Positions 48,640 to 61,249 of a DNA stretch of 64,000 nt are shown one piece after another; positions within the stretch are counted from its first letter, which is position 1; the number at the start of each line of letters is the position of its first letter. A program made the position numbers and the translations under genes. Under the pieces are notes generated by a model. It made no database searches and was not told the origin of the DNA. It saw only the letters and a list, made by a program, of their open reading frames with translations. Source of the DNA: Escherichia coli (lineage in GTDB: Bacteria; Pseudomonadota; Gammaproteobacteria; Enterobacterales; Enterobacteriaceae); assembly GCF_003334315.1 (NCBI RefSeq), contig NZ_QOWR01000023.1. One strand, written 5' to 3'.

Positions 48640-50184
48640 TTATTCCACGATGAACAGCGGCTTACCAGTCATCTCTTGCGGGATTTCCATACCCATCAGC
48701 GACAACATGGTCGGCGCGATGTCAGAAAGTTTGCCGCCTTCAACCGCTTTCACGTTCTTATCACCAACGTAAATCAGCGGAACTGGCAGGTTGGTGTGTG
48801 CCGTGTGTGCCTGACCCGTTGCCGGATCGCGCATCTGCTCAGCGTTACCGTGGTCAGCGGTGATCAGCAGTTGTCCACCCACGGACTCAACCGCTTTCGC
48901 GACTTCTTCCACGCAGTGATCCAGCGCTTCAACTGCTTTAACCGCCGCTTCCATCACCCCGGTGTGACCTACCATGTCGCCGTTCGGATAGTTACAGATA
49001 ATGGTGTCGTATTTGCCGCTCTTGATTGCCGCAACCAGTTTTTCGGTCAGCTCTGCGGAGCTCATTTCCGGTTGCAGATCGTAGGTAGCCACTTTCGGTG
49101 AGTTGATCAGAATGCGATCTTCGCCTTTGAACGACTCTTCTACGCCACCGTTGAAGAAGAAAGTAACGTGGGCATATTTTTCGGTTTCGGAAATACGCAA
49201 CTGAGTTTTGTCGTTTTTCGCCATCCACTCGCCGAAGGTGTTAACCAGGGAAGCGGGTGGGTAAGCAACCGCAGTTTTGATGTCAGCGGCGTATTCGGTC
49301 AGCATCACGAAATCGACGTTAACCACTTTCTTACGCGCGAAGCCGTCGAAATCTGCGTTTACGAATGCACGAGTGATTTCGCGCGCGCGGTCAGCACGGA
49401 AGTTCATGAAAATCAGCGCATCGCCGTCTTCCATTGCCGCATCTGGCTGACCTTCTGCACGAATAACGGTCGCTTTCACGAACTCGTCGTTTTCGTCGCG
49501 AGCATAAGCTGCCTGCAAACCAGCAACGGCAGTATCGGCCTGGAACTCACCCTGCGCCAGAGTCAGCAGGTCATAGGCTTTTTCAACGCGATCCCAACGG
49601 TTATCGCGGTCCATCGCGTAGTAACGACCAATGATGGACGCTACGCGGCCTTTACCCAGCGCAGCAAATTTCTCTTCAAATTTTTTCAGCGAGGATTCAG
49701 CACTGCGCGGCGGGGTGTCGCGACCGTCAAGGAATGCGTGCAGGTAGATTTTTTCTGCGCCGCGTTCAGCTGCCAGTTCTACCATCGCCATGATGTGATC
49801 TTCGTGGCTGTGTACGCCGCCTGCGGAGAGCAGACCCATAATGTGTACCGCTTTGCCTGCGTTTTTCGCTTTATCTACCGCGCCAGTCAGCACCGGATTA
49901 GCAAAGAAAGCGCGATCTTTGATTTCAACGTCCAGACGAGTCAGGTCCTGATACACGATGCGGCCGGCACCCAGGTTAACGTGGCCTACTTCGGAGTTAC
50001 CCATCTGACGGTCAGGCAGACCGACTTCCAGACCGGAAGCGTCGATTAGGGTATGCGGACGATTGGCCCACAGTGCATCCATTACCGGGGTTTTAGCACT
50101 AAAAATGGCGTTATCCTGCTGTTCTTCGCGATAGCCATAGCCATCCAGAATCACCAGTACCATAGGTTTTTTAGAAACCAACAT
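48640..50184 (-). CDS. gpmM: 2,3-bisphosphoglycerate-independent phosphoglycerate mutase
   Basis: ORF track (562 aa with a long upstream extension); known start [20 protein letters not shown] at 50184. Confidence 0.95.
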   Translation of the reverse strand: MLVSKKPMVLVILDGYGYREEQQDNAIFSAKTPVMDALWANRPHTLIDASGLEVGLPDRQMGNSEVGHVNLGAGRIVYQDLTRLDVEIKDRAFFANPVLTGAVDKAKNAGKAVHIMGLLSAGGVHSHEDHIMAMVELAAERGAEKIYLHAFLDGRDTPPRSAESSLKKFEEKFAALGKGRVASIIGRYYAMDRDNRWDRVEKAYDLLTLAQGEFQADTAVAGLQAAYARDENDEFVKATVIRAEGQPDAAMEDGDALIFMNFRADRAREITRAFVNADFDGFARKKVVNVDFVMLTEYAADIKTAVAYPPASLVNTFGEWMAKNDKTQLRISETEKYAHVTFFFNGGVEESFKGEDRILINSPKVATYDLQPEMSSAELTEKLVAAIKSGKYDTIICNYPNGDMVGHTGVMEAAVKAVEALDHCVEEVAKAVESVGGQLLITADHGNAEQMRDPATGQAHTAHTNLPVPLIYVGDKNVKAVEGGKLSDIAPTMLSLMGMEIPQEMTGKPLFIVE

Positions 50185-50428
50185 TGCGACAACCTCATAC
50201 TCAAGAGTCAAAATTTGCGTAATTTTACTACAGCTGAATCGATAAAATAGCCTCTGAAGATCAAAATATACGACCGCTCGCGGCAAGCCGATGCCAGATT
50301 TACGCTTTTTTTTCGTCGCGCCCCGCAAAATTGCATTCCAGTTAACGCGCTGGCTGTATTTGCCGCACCGCGCAGGTATACTCCTTTCCTGGTTTTTTTA
50401 ATCACTACGTCGGGAGTTGTTACCCCCC

Positions 50429-50860
50429 ATGCAAGAAATTATGCAATTTGTTGGCCGTCATCCCATACTGAGTATCGCCTGGATCGCGTTACTGGTGGCG
50501 GTTCTTGTGACTACGTTTAAGAGCCTGACCTCGAAAGTGAAGGTGATTACTCGTGGTGAAGCTACGCGTCTGATCAACAAAGAAGACGCTGTGGTTGTGG
50601 ATTTACGTCAGCGTGATGACTTCCGTAAAGGCCATATCGCAGGTTCTATTAATCTGTTGCCGAGCGAAATCAAAGCCAACAATGTTGGTGAGCTTGAGAA
50701 GCACAAAGACAAACCGGTTATCGTGGTAGACGGTTCTGGCATGCAGTGCCAGGAGCCTGCAAACGCACTGACGAAAGCTGGTTTTGCGCAAGTATTCGTG
50801 CTGAAAGAAGGCGTCGCTGGCTGGGCTGGCGAAAACTTGCCTTTGGTGCGCGGCAAATAA
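50429..50860 (+). CDS. yibN: rhodanese-domain inner-membrane protein YibN
   Basis: ORF track; [23 protein letters not shown]; rhodanese region. Confidence 0.9.
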
Positions 50861-51001
50861 TTTACCTGTCGTCTTTCATGATGCAGGCCGTTAGCTGCAA
50901 TTAGGCCCCCAGCGACTTATTGTTATAAGCTTCTGGGGACACTCCATTTTGCTGCCGCCCTGCAACATGAAATTTCAGGGTAAAAAAACAGGAGCTAATT
51001 T

Positions 51002-51253
51002 ATGGCCAATGTTGAAATCTATACCAAAGAAACCTGCCCGTATTGCCATCGTGCAAAAGCACTGCTGAGCAGCAAGGGCGTGAGTTTCCAGGAGCTGCCG
51101 ATCGATGGCAACGCCGCCAAGCGTGAAGAGATGATCAAACGCAGCGGTCGCACCACGGTTCCCCAGATTTTTATTGACGCACAGCACATTGGCGGCTGTG
51201 ATGACTTGTATGCATTGGATGCACGTGGTGGACTGGATCCCCTGCTGAAATAA
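51002..51253 (+). CDS. grxC: glutaredoxin 3
   Basis: ORF track 83 aa; CPYC active site ([22 protein letters not shown]). Confidence 0.96.
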
Positions 51254-51315
51254 CGTGTGAACGTTGGCATTACATTGCGCAGTATTTAAGGACAACACTT
51301 AAGGGTTTTCTACAC

Positions 51316-51783
51316 ATGTCAGAACAAAACAACACTGAAATGACTTTCCAGATCCAACGTATTTATACCAAGGATATCTCTTTCGAAGCGCCGAACGCGC
51401 CGCACGTTTTCCAGAAAGATTGGCAACCAGAAGTTAAACTTGATCTGGATACGGCATCTTCCCAACTGGCAGATGACGTATACGAAGTGGTACTGCGTGT
51501 TACCGTAACGGCCTCTTTGGGCGAAGAAACCGCGTTCCTGTGTGAAGTTCAGCAGGGCGGTATTTTCTCCATCGCGGGTATCGAAGGCACCCAGATGGCG
51601 CATTGCCTGGGAGCATACTGCCCGAACATTCTGTTCCCGTATGCTCGTGAGTGCATCACCAGCATGGTATCCCGCGGTACATTCCCGCAACTGAACCTTG
51701 CGCCGGTTAACTTCGATGCGCTGTTCATGAACTATTTGCAGCAGCAGGCTGGCGAAGGTACTGAAGAACATCAGGATGCCTGA
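51316..51783 (+). CDS. secB: protein-export chaperone SecB
   Basis: ORF track 155 aa; [29 protein letters not shown]. Confidence 0.97.
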
Positions 51784-52802
51784 TGAACCAACGTAATGCT
51801 TCAATGACTGTGATCGGTGCCGGCTCGTACGGCACCGCTCTTGCCATCACCCTGGCAAGAAATGGCCACGAGGTTGTCCTCTGGGGCCATGACCCTGAAC
51901 ATATCGCAACGCTTGAACGCGACCGCTGTAACGCCGCGTTTCTCCCCGATGTGCCTTTTCCCGATACGCTCCATCTTGAAAGCGATCTCGCCACTGCGCT
52001 GGCAGCCAGCCGTAATATTCTCGTCGTCGTACCCAGCCATGTCTTTGGTGAAGTGCTGCGCCAGATTAAACCACTGATGCGTCCTGATGCGCGTCTGGTG
52101 TGGGCGACCAAAGGGCTGGAAGCGGAAACCGGACGTCTGTTACAGGACGTGGCGCGTGAGGCCTTAGGCGATCAAATTCCGCTGGCGGTTATCTCTGGCC
52201 CAACGTTTGCGAAAGAACTGGCGGCAGGTTTACCGACAGCTATTTCGCTGGCCTCGACCGATCAGACCTTTGCCGATGATCTCCAGCAGCTGCTGCACTG
52301 CGGCAAAAGTTTCCGCGTTTACAGCAATCCGGATTTCATTGGCGTGCAGCTTGGCGGCGCGGTGAAAAACGTTATTGCCATTGGTGCGGGGATGTCCGAC
52401 GGTATCGGTTTTGGTGCGAATGCGCGTACGGCGCTGATCACCCGTGGGCTGGCTGAAATGTCGCGTCTTGGTGCGGCGCTGGGTGCCGACCCTGCCACCT
52501 TTATGGGCATGGCGGGGCTTGGCGATCTGGTGCTTACCTGTACCGACAACCAGTCGCGTAACCGCCGTTTTGGCATGATGCTCGGTCAGGGCATGGATGT
52601 ACAAAGCGCGCAGGAGAAGATTGGTCAGGTGGTGGAAGGCTACCGCAATACGAAAGAAGTCCGCGAACTGGCGCATCGCTTCGGCGTTGAAATGCCAATA
52701 ACCGAGGAAATTTATCAAGTATTATATTGCGGAAAAAACGCGCGCGAGGCAGCATTGACTTTACTAGGTCGTGCACGCAAGGACGAGCGCAGCAGCCACT
52801 AA
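51783..52802 (+). CDS. gpsA: NAD(P)H-dependent glycerol-3-phosphate dehydrogenase
   Basis: ORF track 339 aa; Rossmann motif [12 protein letters not shown]; overlaps the secB stop. Confidence 0.96.
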   Translation: MNQRNASMTVIGAGSYGTALAITLARNGHEVVLWGHDPEHIATLERDRCNAAFLPDVPFPDTLHLESDLATALAASRNILVVVPSHVFGEVLRQIKPLMRPDARLVWATKGLEAETGRLLQDVAREALGDQIPLAVISGPTFAKELAAGLPTAISLASTDQTFADDLQQLLHCGKSFRVYSNPDFIGVQLGGAVKNVIAIGAGMSDGIGFGANARTALITRGLAEMSRLGAALGADPATFMGMAGLGDLVLTCTDNQSRNRRFGMMLGQGMDVQSAQEKIGQVVEGYRNTKEVRELAHRFGVEMPITEEIYQVLYCGKNAREAALTLLGRARKDERSSH

Positions 52803-52881
52803 CCCCAGGGAACCTTTGTTACCGCTATGACCCGGCCCGCGCAGAACGGGCCGGTCATTATCTCATCGTGTGGAGTAAGCA

Positions 52882-53703
52882 ATGTCGTGTGAAGAACTGG
52901 AAATTGTCTGGAACAATATTAAAGCCGAAGCCAGAACGCTGGCGGACTGTGAGCCAATGCTGGCCAGTTTTTACCACGCGACGCTACTCAAGCACGAAAA
53001 CCTTGGCAGTGCACTGAGCTACATGCTGGCGAACAAGCTGTCATCGCCAATTATGCCTGCTATTGCTATCCGTGAAGTGGTGGAAGAAGCCTACGCCGCT
53101 GACCCGGAAATGATCGCCTCTGCGGCCTGTGATATTCAGGCGGTGCGTACCCGCGACCCGGCAGTCGATAAATACTCAACCCCGTTGTTATACCTGAAGG
53201 GTTTTCATGCCTTGCAGGCCTATCGCATCGGTCACTGGTTGTGGAATCAGGGGCGTCGCGCACTGGCAATCTTTCTGCAAAACCAGGTTTCTGTGACGTT
53301 CCAGGTCGATATTCACCCGGCAGCAAAAATTGGTCGCGGTATCATGCTTGACCACGCGACAGGCATCGTCGTTGGTGAAACGGCGGTGATTGAAAACGAC
53401 GTATCGATTCTGCAATCTGTGACGCTTGGCGGTACGGGTAAATCTGGTGGTGACCGTCACCCGAAAATTCGTGAAGGTGTGATGATTGGCGCGGGCGCGA
53501 AAATCCTCGGCAATATTGAAGTTGGGCGCGGCGCGAAGATTGGCGCAGGTTCCGTGGTGCTGCAACCGGTGCCGCCGCATACCACCGCCGCTGGCGTTCC
53601 GGCTCGTATTGTCGGTAAACCAGACAGCGATAAGCCATCAATGGATATGGACCAGCATTTCAACGGTATTAACCATACATTTGAGTATGGGGATGGGATC
53701 TAA
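52882..53703 (+). CDS. cysE: serine O-acetyltransferase
   Basis: ORF track 273 aa; MSCEELEIVWNNIKAEARTLADCEPMLASF; hexapeptide repeats. Confidence 0.96.
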   Translation: MSCEELEIVWNNIKAEARTLADCEPMLASFYHATLLKHENLGSALSYMLANKLSSPIMPAIAIREVVEEAYAADPEMIASAACDIQAVRTRDPAVDKYSTPLLYLKGFHALQAYRIGHWLWNQGRRALAIFLQNQVSVTFQVDIHPAAKIGRGIMLDHATGIVVGETAVIENDVSILQSVTLGGTGKSGGDRHPKIREGVMIGAGAKILGNIEVGRGAKIGAGSVVLQPVPPHTTAAGVPARIVGKPDSDKPSMDMDQHFNGINHTFEYGDGI

Positions 53704-53717
53704 TGTCCTGTGATCGT

Positions 53718-53750
53718 GCCGGATGCGATGTAATCATCTATCCGGCCTAC
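53718..53750. repeat. REP element after cysE
   Basis: GCCGGATGCGATGTAATCATCTATCCGGCCTAC, canonical REP-type palindrome. Confidence 0.7.
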
Positions 53751-53755
53751 AGTAA

Positions 53756-54229
53756 CTAATCTCTCAATACCGCTCCCGGATACCCCAACTGCCGCCAGGC
53801 TTCATACACCACTACCGACACCGCATTGGACAGATTCATGCTGCGGCTGTCCGGCACCATCGGAATGCGAATTTTTTGTTCAGCGGGCAGGGCATCAAGA
53901 ATGCTCGCTGGCAGGCCGCGTGTTTCCGGGCCGAACATCAGATAATCGCCATCCTGATAGCTTACGGCGCTGTGAGCAGGTGTACCTTTCGTGGTGAGGG
54001 CGAACAGGCGCTGGGGATTTTCTGCTTCGAGGAACGCGCGATAGTCATGATGACGCGTAACGGCGGTAAACTCGTGATAGTCCAGCCCCGCGCGGCGCAG
54101 GCGCTTATCGTCCCAGGCAAATCCCATCGGTTCGATGATATGCAGACGAAAGCCGGTATTAGCGCAAAGACGGATGATGTTGCCAGTATTTGGCGGAATT
54201 TCTGGTTCGTAAAGTACGATGTTTAGCAT
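53756..54229 (-). CDS. trmL: tRNA (cytidine/uridine-2'-O)-methyltransferase TrmL (YibK)
   Basis: ORF track 157 aa; SpoU-TrmH fold ([26 protein letters not shown]). Confidence 0.94.
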   Translation of the reverse strand: MLNIVLYEPEIPPNTGNIIRLCANTGFRLHIIEPMGFAWDDKRLRRAGLDYHEFTAVTRHHDYRAFLEAENPQRLFALTTKGTPAHSAVSYQDGDYLMFGPETRGLPASILDALPAEQKIRIPMVPDSRSMNLSNAVSVVVYEAWRQLGYPGAVLRD

Positions 54230-54235
54230 ACTGCC

Positions 54236-54420
54236 CCCTTAGTGCGGGGGCAGGATAGCAGAAAATTGGTGAGCAGTGCGGCCTTTTCCCCTCACCCCGG
54301 CCCTCTCCCCGGAGGGGCGAGGGAGAAAAAAAGAGTGCGGTGTCGTTTCAGAGTGAGGGAGTACATACAGCGCCGAACGGTCCCCTCTCCCTGAGGGAGA
54401 GGGTTAGGGTGAGGGGGCGC
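54236..54420. repeat. GC-rich interspersed palindromic repeat cluster (motif CCCTCACCC-N3-CCCTCTCC and its inverse) between trmL and lldD
   Basis: Inverted copies GGGGCAGGATAGC..CCCCTCACCCCGGCCCTCTCCCCGGAGGGGCGAGGG and CCCCTCTCCCTGAGGGAGAGGGTTAGGGTGAGGGGG; the same motif recurs at 61040-61100. Confidence 0.55.
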
Positions 54421-54426
54421 AAACGA

Positions 54427-55617
54427 CTATGCCGCATTCCCTTTCGCCATGGGAGCCAGTGCCGCAGGCAACTCTTTACCCAGCCCCTGCACCAGCGAAT
54501 CTTGCGTAATTTCGCTGATCGATTTCGCGCCAGTCAGCGTCATCGCCACTTTCATCTCTTTTTCGATCAGATTTAGCAGGTTAGCTACACCCGCCTGGCC
54601 CGCTGTTGCCAGCGCATACAAGAAAGCACGACCCAGCAGTACGGTGTCGGCACCGAGCGCAATCATACGCACGACATCAAGCCCGTTACGAATTCCGCTA
54701 TCCGCCAGAATGGCTATATCACCTTTCACCGCATCTGCAATAGCAGGCAGTGCACGGGCGGAAGAGAGTACACCGTCCAGCTGGCGGCCACCGTGGTTAG
54801 AAACCACAATTCCATCAGCACCAAAACGTACTGCATCGCGCGCATCTTCCGGATCGAGGATCCCTTTGATCACCATCGGGCCATCCCAGAAATCGCGGAT
54901 CCATTCAAGGTCTTTCCATGAGATGGACGGATCGAAGTTATTCCCCAGCCAGCCGATGTAATCTTCCAGTCCGGTCGGTTTGCCGAGATAAGCTGAGATA
55001 TTACCTAAATCATGTGGACGACCGTTCAGGCCCACATCCCACGCCCATTGCGGATGTGTCACCGCTTGCAAGTAGCGGCGCATTGCCGCGTTCGGGCCGC
55101 TCATACCTGAATGCGCATCACGGTAGCGTGCGCCCGGTGTCGGCATATCCACGGTGAAAACCAGCGTCGAACAACCCGCTGCTTTTGCTCGCTCCAGCGC
55201 GTTACGCATAAAGCCGCGATCGCGCAGTACATAAAGCTGGAACCACATTGGGCGCTTGATGGCTGGCGCGACTTCTTCAATCGGGCAAACGGAAACCGTC
55301 GAGAGAGTAAACGGAATACCATGCGCGTCCGCCGCTTTGGCTGCCTGAACTTCGCCACGACGCGCATACATGCCACACAAACCCACCGGAGCCAGTGCCA
55401 CCGGCATCGACAATTTCTCATTAAACAGCGTCGTTTCCAGGCTTAAGTCGGACATGTTTTTCAGAATACGCTGGCGCAGCGCCACTTCTGACAAATCTTC
55501 CACGTTGCGGCGCAGCGTGTATTCAGAATATGCACCACCATCCATATAGTGGAACAGGAACGGCGGCAGAATGCGTTGCGCTGCGGCGCGATAATCGCTG
55601 GCTGCGGAAATAATCAT
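54427..55617 (-). CDS. lldD: L-lactate dehydrogenase (FMN-dependent)
   Basis: ORF track 396 aa; [30 protein letters not shown]. Confidence 0.96.
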
Positions 55618-56390
55618 GCGTTTTTCTCCCTCGAATGCTCATTATGCTCACCGGGCAGGCGGGTAATCCGTGCGTGGCGAGCCTGATCTTCATCGAATCG
55701 TTTCATGGTGGTGTGAACAAAACTAAGGTGCGCCATCATTGCTTTACGCGCCCCGTCAGCATCACCGGCAAAAATGGCGTCAATGACAGCCTGATGTTGT
55801 TCGGTCAGTTGTGAAAAAACCGGTGGCACCAGATACATCCGCTGACGGCTATGCTTCACTGAGGATTGCAGGACATCGAAGAAACCGCGCATGGTTTGCA
55901 GCAGCACGATGTTATGTGAGGCTTCGGCAATCGCCAGATGAAAACGAACGTCCGCTTGTGAGGCGATATCCGGGTCTTCACTTAGCGTTGCTTCAAAGCA
56001 AAGCTGAATCTTTTCTTTGTCGCCAGGTGTGGCGCGCATTGCCGCATGCCATGCGGTGCTGGCTTCAATGGCGTAGCGGGCTTCCAGAATATCGAAACTG
56101 TAATCCGGATCATCGGCCATCAGTGTTTTTAGCGGCTGGACGATGTTTTGCTCCGACCATGTGTCATGACGCCAGCGAATAAACGTCCCGCCGCCGCGTC
56201 GACTGAGCAGCACGCCTTCACTCACCAGTTTTGCCAGCGCCTCGCGCAGTGAATTACGTGATACGCCGAGTTGCATCGCCAGTTGGCGCTCAGCGGGCAA
56301 CTTCATGCCCGCTTCCAGGTTTTTTTCATCAATCAGCGCCCGCACACGATCGGCAACCTCGTCTGACAGGCGTCTGGGTAAAACAATCAT
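55614..56390 (-). CDS. lldR: L-lactate operon regulator LldR (GntR/FadR family)
   Basis: ORF track; [23 protein letters not shown]; 4-bp overlap with lldD. Confidence 0.94.
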
Positions 56391-58045
56391 TAAGGAATCA
56401 TCCACGTTAAGACATAAGCCTGAAGCGTGGTGATCACGCCCACTATACAGGTGAAGATCAGGCTGTGTTTGACAGTAAAGCGGAACAAATCAGACTCTTT
56501 GCCCACCAGGCCTACCGCCGCACAGGCGATAGCGATAGATTGCGGGGAGATCATCTTACCGGTGACGCCACCGGTGGTATTGGCGGCAACCAGCAACAGA
56601 TCAGAGACGCCAATTTGTTGTGCTGCGGTGGCTTGCAGCGCGGCGAACAGGGCGTTAGATGAGGTATCCGACCCGGTCAGGAATACCCCCAGCCAGCCGA
56701 GGAACGGCGAGAAGAAGGTGAATGCATGACCGGTGTGCGCCAGTGCCAGCGCCAGTGTTGATGACAGTCCGGAATAGTTCGAAATAAAGGCGAATGCCAG
56801 CACCATACCGATGGAGTAGATGGGCAGAGCCAGTTCTTTCAGCGTGCTGCCGAAGGTGCTGATAGCGTCAGACGGTTTCATCTTCAGCCAGACAATCGAG
56901 AGCAGTGCAGCAAACAGAATGGCGGTGCCGGTGGCAGAGAACCAGTCAAACTTAAACACGGCGGCATAGGCTGTAGCCTCGCTGACCACTGGCGGCATAC
57001 GGGCAACCAGTTTATCGAGGTACGGCACCGGAATATTGATCACCCACTCATACAGCGCGCCACCCGATGCGAACAGGGCTTTAAACGGCGGGATACTCCA
57101 CAGTGTTACGGTAGCTGTCAGGAACAGGAACGGTGTCCAGGCACGTAACACCTGACCCGCAGTGTAACCGGTGTGGGCCAGCGTCATATCAACCTGTGAC
57201 GCCCCCAAATCACCAAAACGGAATACACGCACTGGCTGCCAGCGTTTGAGGAACAGCGTCAGGCAGAGCAGTGATACCAGCGAAGAGATAATGTCCGGCA
57301 GCTCCGGCCCAATGAAGTTAGAGCTAAGGTACTGAGCGATGGCAAACGAGCCGCCCGCAACCACGACCGCAGGCCACGTCTCTTTGATACCGCGCCAGCC
57401 GTCCATAATCGCCATGATCCAGAACAGCACGATAATGGTCATAAACGGTAGCTGCCGCCCCACCATCTGACCAATCTCAAAGCTGTCGATACCTGTTACC
57501 TGTCCGGCAACCAGGATTGGAATGCCCATCGCACCAAATGCCACTGGCGCGGTGTTAACAATCAGGCACAGCCCGGCGGCGTACAGCGGTTTAAAACCCA
57601 GGCCGACCAGCAATGCGGCGGTAATTGCTACCGGTGCGCCAAAGCCTGCGGCTCCTTCAAGGAACGCGCCGAAACAGAAACCGACGATCAGCATTTGCAG
57701 ACGCTGGTCAGGGGTTATCGAAAGAATAGACGAGCGAATGATGTCAAACTGCCCGGTTTTCACCGAGATCTTATAGACGAACACCGCTGCAATAATGATC
57801 CACGCGATGGGCCACAACCCGTAGAAGAAACCATAAACCACCGAGGCCAGCGCGTTAGCGACCGGCATTTTATAGAACAGCAAAGCCACGGCAAGGGCGA
57901 TTGCCACCGTCCACGAGGCGGCGACGTATCCTTTCAGTTTGAGCTTAATCAGCGCAAAGAAGAAAAACAGGATGGGAAGCGATGCTATCAGACTGGAAAG
58001 CCAGATATTCCCGGCGGGATCGTAGTTTTGTTGCCAGAGATTCAT
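56390..58045 (-). CDS. lldP: L-lactate permease
   Basis: ORF track; [29 protein letters not shown]. Confidence 0.95.
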   Translation of the reverse strand: MNLWQQNYDPAGNIWLSSLIASLPILFFFFALIKLKLKGYVAASWTVAIALAVALLFYKMPVANALASVVYGFFYGLWPIAWIIIAAVFVYKISVKTGQFDIIRSSILSITPDQRLQMLIVGFCFGAFLEGAAGFGAPVAITAALLVGLGFKPLYAAGLCLIVNTAPVAFGAMGIPILVAGQVTGIDSFEIGQMVGRQLPFMTIIVLFWIMAIMDGWRGIKETWPAVVVAGGSFAIAQYLSSNFIGPELPDIISSLVSLLCLTLFLKRWQPVRVFRFGDLGASQVDMTLAHTGYTAGQVLRAWTPFLFLTATVTLWSIPPFKALFASGGALYEWVINIPVPYLDKLVARMPPVVSEATAYAAVFKFDWFSATGTAILFAALLSIVWLKMKPSDAISTFGSTLKELALPIYSIGMVLAFAFISNYSGLSSTLALALAHTGHAFTFFSPFLGWLGVFLTGSDTSSNALFAALQATAAQQIGVSDLLLVAANTTGGVTGKMISPQSIAIACAAVGLVGKESDLFRFTVKHSLIFTCIVGVITTLQAYVLTWMIP

Positions 58046-58334
58046 TGCAGGTCTCCTGGAGTCCACGCACATCGTGTAATGAGTCTGTTGCTCATCTCCT
58101 TGTCACACGTTGTGTAAAAGTGGCACTGCCAATTGTGTTGTGTAGGGATAATGACAATGAATGGTTAACTAAATGTTATGTATTGGCAACATTGATGTGA
58201 GTTTTAATTGGGAAATTGTGAACCAGAGGTCAGATAAGCGAAGAATTGGTAGGGCCAATTCTTGTGGGGGGAGATGTCTGGTAAAGAAAAGGGCAATCCT
58301 CATCAGAGAATTGCCCTTAGGTTGTTGATCCAGA

Positions 58335-58385
58335 GCGCCTTATCTTGCCGGATGCGGCGTGAACACCTTACTCGGCCTATAGGAA
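58335..58385. repeat. REP element upstream of lldP / downstream of yibL
   Basis: GCCGGATGCGGCGTGAACACCTTACTCGGCCTATAGG. Confidence 0.65.
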
Positions 58386-58416
58386 TGTGCAGAATCACCC
58401 TGTAGATACTGTGTTC

Positions 58417-58779
58417 TTAAAACGCGGTCTTTGAAAACCCAGTCATCTCCTGCAGGCCCATTTCGCGGCCCAGTGCGGTCATTGGGTGCACAACGACCAG
58501 TCCGCGAACACTTTTCTTCAGCTTGCCCATATCAGCCTGCTCTTTTTTGGTAATTGCGCGCTGGAATGGCATCTTCATCAGCTTCTGTGCTTCTTTACTC
58601 AGTTTTTGGCTATGAACTTCACGCAGGCGAGCAATTTCTGCTTCCAGCGTGGCTTTCTCTTTTTCCAGCTCGGCATATTTGTCTGCGGCTTCAACCAGCG
58701 AAAGATCGGCCTGCTGGTGGCGGATGGCGTCCAGGCGATCGCTGAGACGTTTGATTTCGTTTTTTTCGACTTCTTTCAT
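58417..58779 (-). CDS. yibL: ribosome-associated protein YibL
   Basis: ORF track 120 aa; [31 protein letters not shown]. Confidence 0.88.
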
Positions 58780-59063
58780 GTGATGGCTTCTGATAAAGAT
58801 AAATTTATAGCCCCTAGTATGCGCGACCAGGTGCTTTGTTCACAACTAATGACATTGTAATAGTTCTGTAACGTAATCATTAACATGCTCAAAAACTACG
58901 CAATTCGTTGATTAATTAAGAAATCTATAGAAAAAAGATAATAAACAGCAGCGGATGATTATTGAGGATTCAGCACGTTTTCCTTAATGTCATCTTTACC
59001 GGGAACCTAAACTAAAATTGGCGGCCGCGCATTCCCGGCGCGGGGTAATACGGAGATATCATC

Positions 59064-59273
59064 ATGGGCAAATTAGGTGAAAACGTTCCGCTTCTTATCG
59101 ATAAAGCCGTAGATTTCATGGCATCAAGCCAGGCGTTCCGGGAGTATCTGAAAAAACTTCCTCCCCGTAACGCGATTCCGTCCGGAATACCCGATGAAAG
59201 CGTGCCGTTATATCTACAACGTCTGGAGTATTATCGTCGGCTTTATCGGCCGAAGCAGGTAGAGGGGCAGTAA
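59064..59273 (+). CDS. yibT: small protein YibT (69 aa)
   Basis: ORF track 69 aa [34 protein letters not shown]; conserved position between yibL and mtlR. Confidence 0.6.
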
Positions 59274-59284
59274 GCAGACGTTGC

Positions 59285-59872
59285 TTACTTTTGAAAGGCT
59301 TTTTTTAAGCTGATTTTGGAAATCAGCTCAGTCAGTGAAAGGACCATTGTTGATCGCACAGCCTGTTGATAGCGCTGAATTTGCATTGCATACAAACTGG
59401 AGTCTGCTGGTTCAAACTGTGGCGGCGGTGGTAACGCCGCCACGCAGTGCAGTTCACCAAAGGGTCCAAGGATTTCGTCGTCGGTAAAGGCGTACTCGTT
59501 GCCGTCGTGATTTAGCTCTTCACGCAATGCCATCAGCAGTTCCGCATCTTCGTATTCCTGGCGGTTAATGACGCCCAACCCGTAAATGAGTTTTAAACGC
59601 ACAGAAAGATCGCCCAGCGGACCATCGCCGTCGAGTAACGGTTCTACAGCATACTTCACCGCGTAATCGTCTTTGCGGAATACCTGAAGCACCAGAAGAT
59701 TTACCGCCTCGGTCAGGAGCTCGACGGCGGTGATCAGAAAGCTTCGCACGGTTTTGCCAGCATTCAGACGCTCAAGCACACGGTTTTCAAAGGCCTGGGT
59801 TTGTTCCATTGTTGCCTGCATATCTGACAATCTGTTATTCGGGCGCAGGGTGTCCTGCGCCTGGTCCACCAT
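59285..59872 (-). CDS. mtlR: mannitol operon repressor MtlR
   Basis: ORF track 195 aa; immediately downstream of mtlD. Confidence 0.92.
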   Translation of the reverse strand: MVDQAQDTLRPNNRLSDMQATMEQTQAFENRVLERLNAGKTVRSFLITAVELLTEAVNLLVLQVFRKDDYAVKYAVEPLLDGDGPLGDLSVRLKLIYGLGVINRQEYEDAELLMALREELNHDGNEYAFTDDEILGPFGELHCVAALPPPPQFEPADSSLYAMQIQRYQQAVRSTMVLSLTELISKISLKKAFQK

Positions 59873-61020
59873 TATTGCATTGCTTTATAAGCGGTTACCG
59901 CCTCGGATACAACCTCGCTGTTGGCATCAAGACCGGAAATCTGTGCCAGCGCCGCCTGCGGACCTTTGTCAGCGATCAGTGCTGCCAGTTCCTGAGCCTG
60001 CGGATCATCTTCACTGCGGAAGTGCATTGCAGCGGCAATACCTTCAATCAGGTTTTTATGTGGCAGACCATATTCCAGCGTACCGAGCAGTGGCTTGATC
60101 AGACGGTCGCCAGCACTCAGTTTACGCAGTGGCTGACGGCCTACGCGCTCTACATCATCTTTCAGATACGGGTTCTCAAAACGGCCGAGAATTTTCTGGA
60201 TGTACGCCGCATGCTTGTCAGCGTCAAAGCCGTAGCGCTTGATCAATACTGCACCACTTTCTTCCATCGCACCTTTTACCACCGCGCGGATTTTCTCGTC
60301 GAGAATCGCGTCACGAATGGTCTGATGACCGGCCAGTTTTCCGAGGTACGCGGTTATAGCATGACCCGTGTTCAGGGTGAAGAGTTTACGTTCGACAAAT
60401 GCCATCAGGTTGTCGGTTAACTCCATGCCTGGGATGTTCGGCAGTGCGCCTTTGAACTGCGTTTTATCGACAATCCATTCGCTGAAGGTTTCTACCGTCA
60501 CTTCCAGCGGATCGTTAGTTGCCGAAGCCGAAGGCGGTACGATGCGGTCAACGGCGGAATCGACAAAGCCAACGTGTTCTTCTACCCACGCTTTGGCGTC
60601 TTCCGGCAGGGCGTTCATCACATGGCCTTTCAGCTGCGTGGTACCGCGTACCATGTTTTCACAGGCGATGATGTTCAGCGGGGATTCATTACCTTGTTCT
60701 TTACGTTTCACCAGCCCTTTGGCGATTGCCGGAGCAATACGTTCCAGCACAACCGGGCCAACGGCGGTAGTGACTAAATCAACCTGAGCAATCAGATCAA
60801 CGACATCATCACCAATGCTGCTGACAGCATTGACGCCGGAAACGGTATCTACCTGCTCGGTTTCACCAACCACATGTACCTGATAGCTATGACGGGCATT
60901 CAGGGCATCAAGTACCACCTGATTGACATCGGCAAACGTCAGTTGGATACCCGCGTCTGCCAGCAGTTTACCGATAAAGCCACGACCGATATTACCTGCG
61001 CCAAAATGTAATGCTTTCAT
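59872..61020 (-). CDS. mtlD: mannitol-1-phosphate 5-dehydrogenase
   Basis: ORF track (488 aa with a long upstream extension); known start [20 protein letters not shown] at 61020. Confidence 0.95.
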   Translation of the reverse strand: MKALHFGAGNIGRGFIGKLLADAGIQLTFADVNQVVLDALNARHSYQVHVVGETEQVDTVSGVNAVSSIGDDVVDLIAQVDLVTTAVGPVVLERIAPAIAKGLVKRKEQGNESPLNIIACENMVRGTTQLKGHVMNALPEDAKAWVEEHVGFVDSAVDRIVPPSASATNDPLEVTVETFSEWIVDKTQFKGALPNIPGMELTDNLMAFVERKLFTLNTGHAITAYLGKLAGHQTIRDAILDEKIRAVVKGAMEESGAVLIKRYGFDADKHAAYIQKILGRFENPYLKDDVERVGRQPLRKLSAGDRLIKPLLGTLEYGLPHKNLIEGIAAAMHFRSEDDPQAQELAALIADKGPQAALAQISGLDANSEVVSEAVTAYKAMQ

Positions 61021-61039
61021 AGTATTAACCTTCATCAAT

Positions 61040-61215
61040 GTTTTTACCCGAGAGGGCTGGGGTGAGGCTTTTCCCTCACCCAAACCCTCTCCGTGAGGAG
61101 AGGGGCAGCGCCGGATGCGGCGTAAGCGCCTTATCCGGCCTACAAGAACGTGCAAATTCAACAAATTGTGATGCATCCTGTAGGCCTGATAAGCGTAGCG
61201 CATCAGGCAATTAAC
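61040..61215. repeat. intergenic repeat cluster between mtlA and mtlD: GC-rich CCCTCACCC/CCCTCTCC-type unit plus a REP pair
   Basis: GGGTGAGGCTTTTCCCTCACCCAAACCCTCTCCGTGAGGAGAGGGG followed by GCGCCGGATGCGGCGTAAGCGCCTTATCCGGCCTACA and the inverted copy TGTAGGCCTGATAAGCGTAGCGCATCAGGC. Confidence 0.7.
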
Positions 61216-61249
61216 CCCACCTTCTCCATGTGGAGAGGGTGGGATTGGA

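Noticed and set aside
48217-50049. 294-aa and 293-aa + strand ORFs
   Set aside because: Antisense to envC and gpmM; same reasoning. The other antisense ORFs in the track are rejected likewise (21070-21759 in yicC, 43445-44071 in kbl, 44525-45127 in tdh, 59809-60420 in mtlD, 61751-62530 in mtlA).
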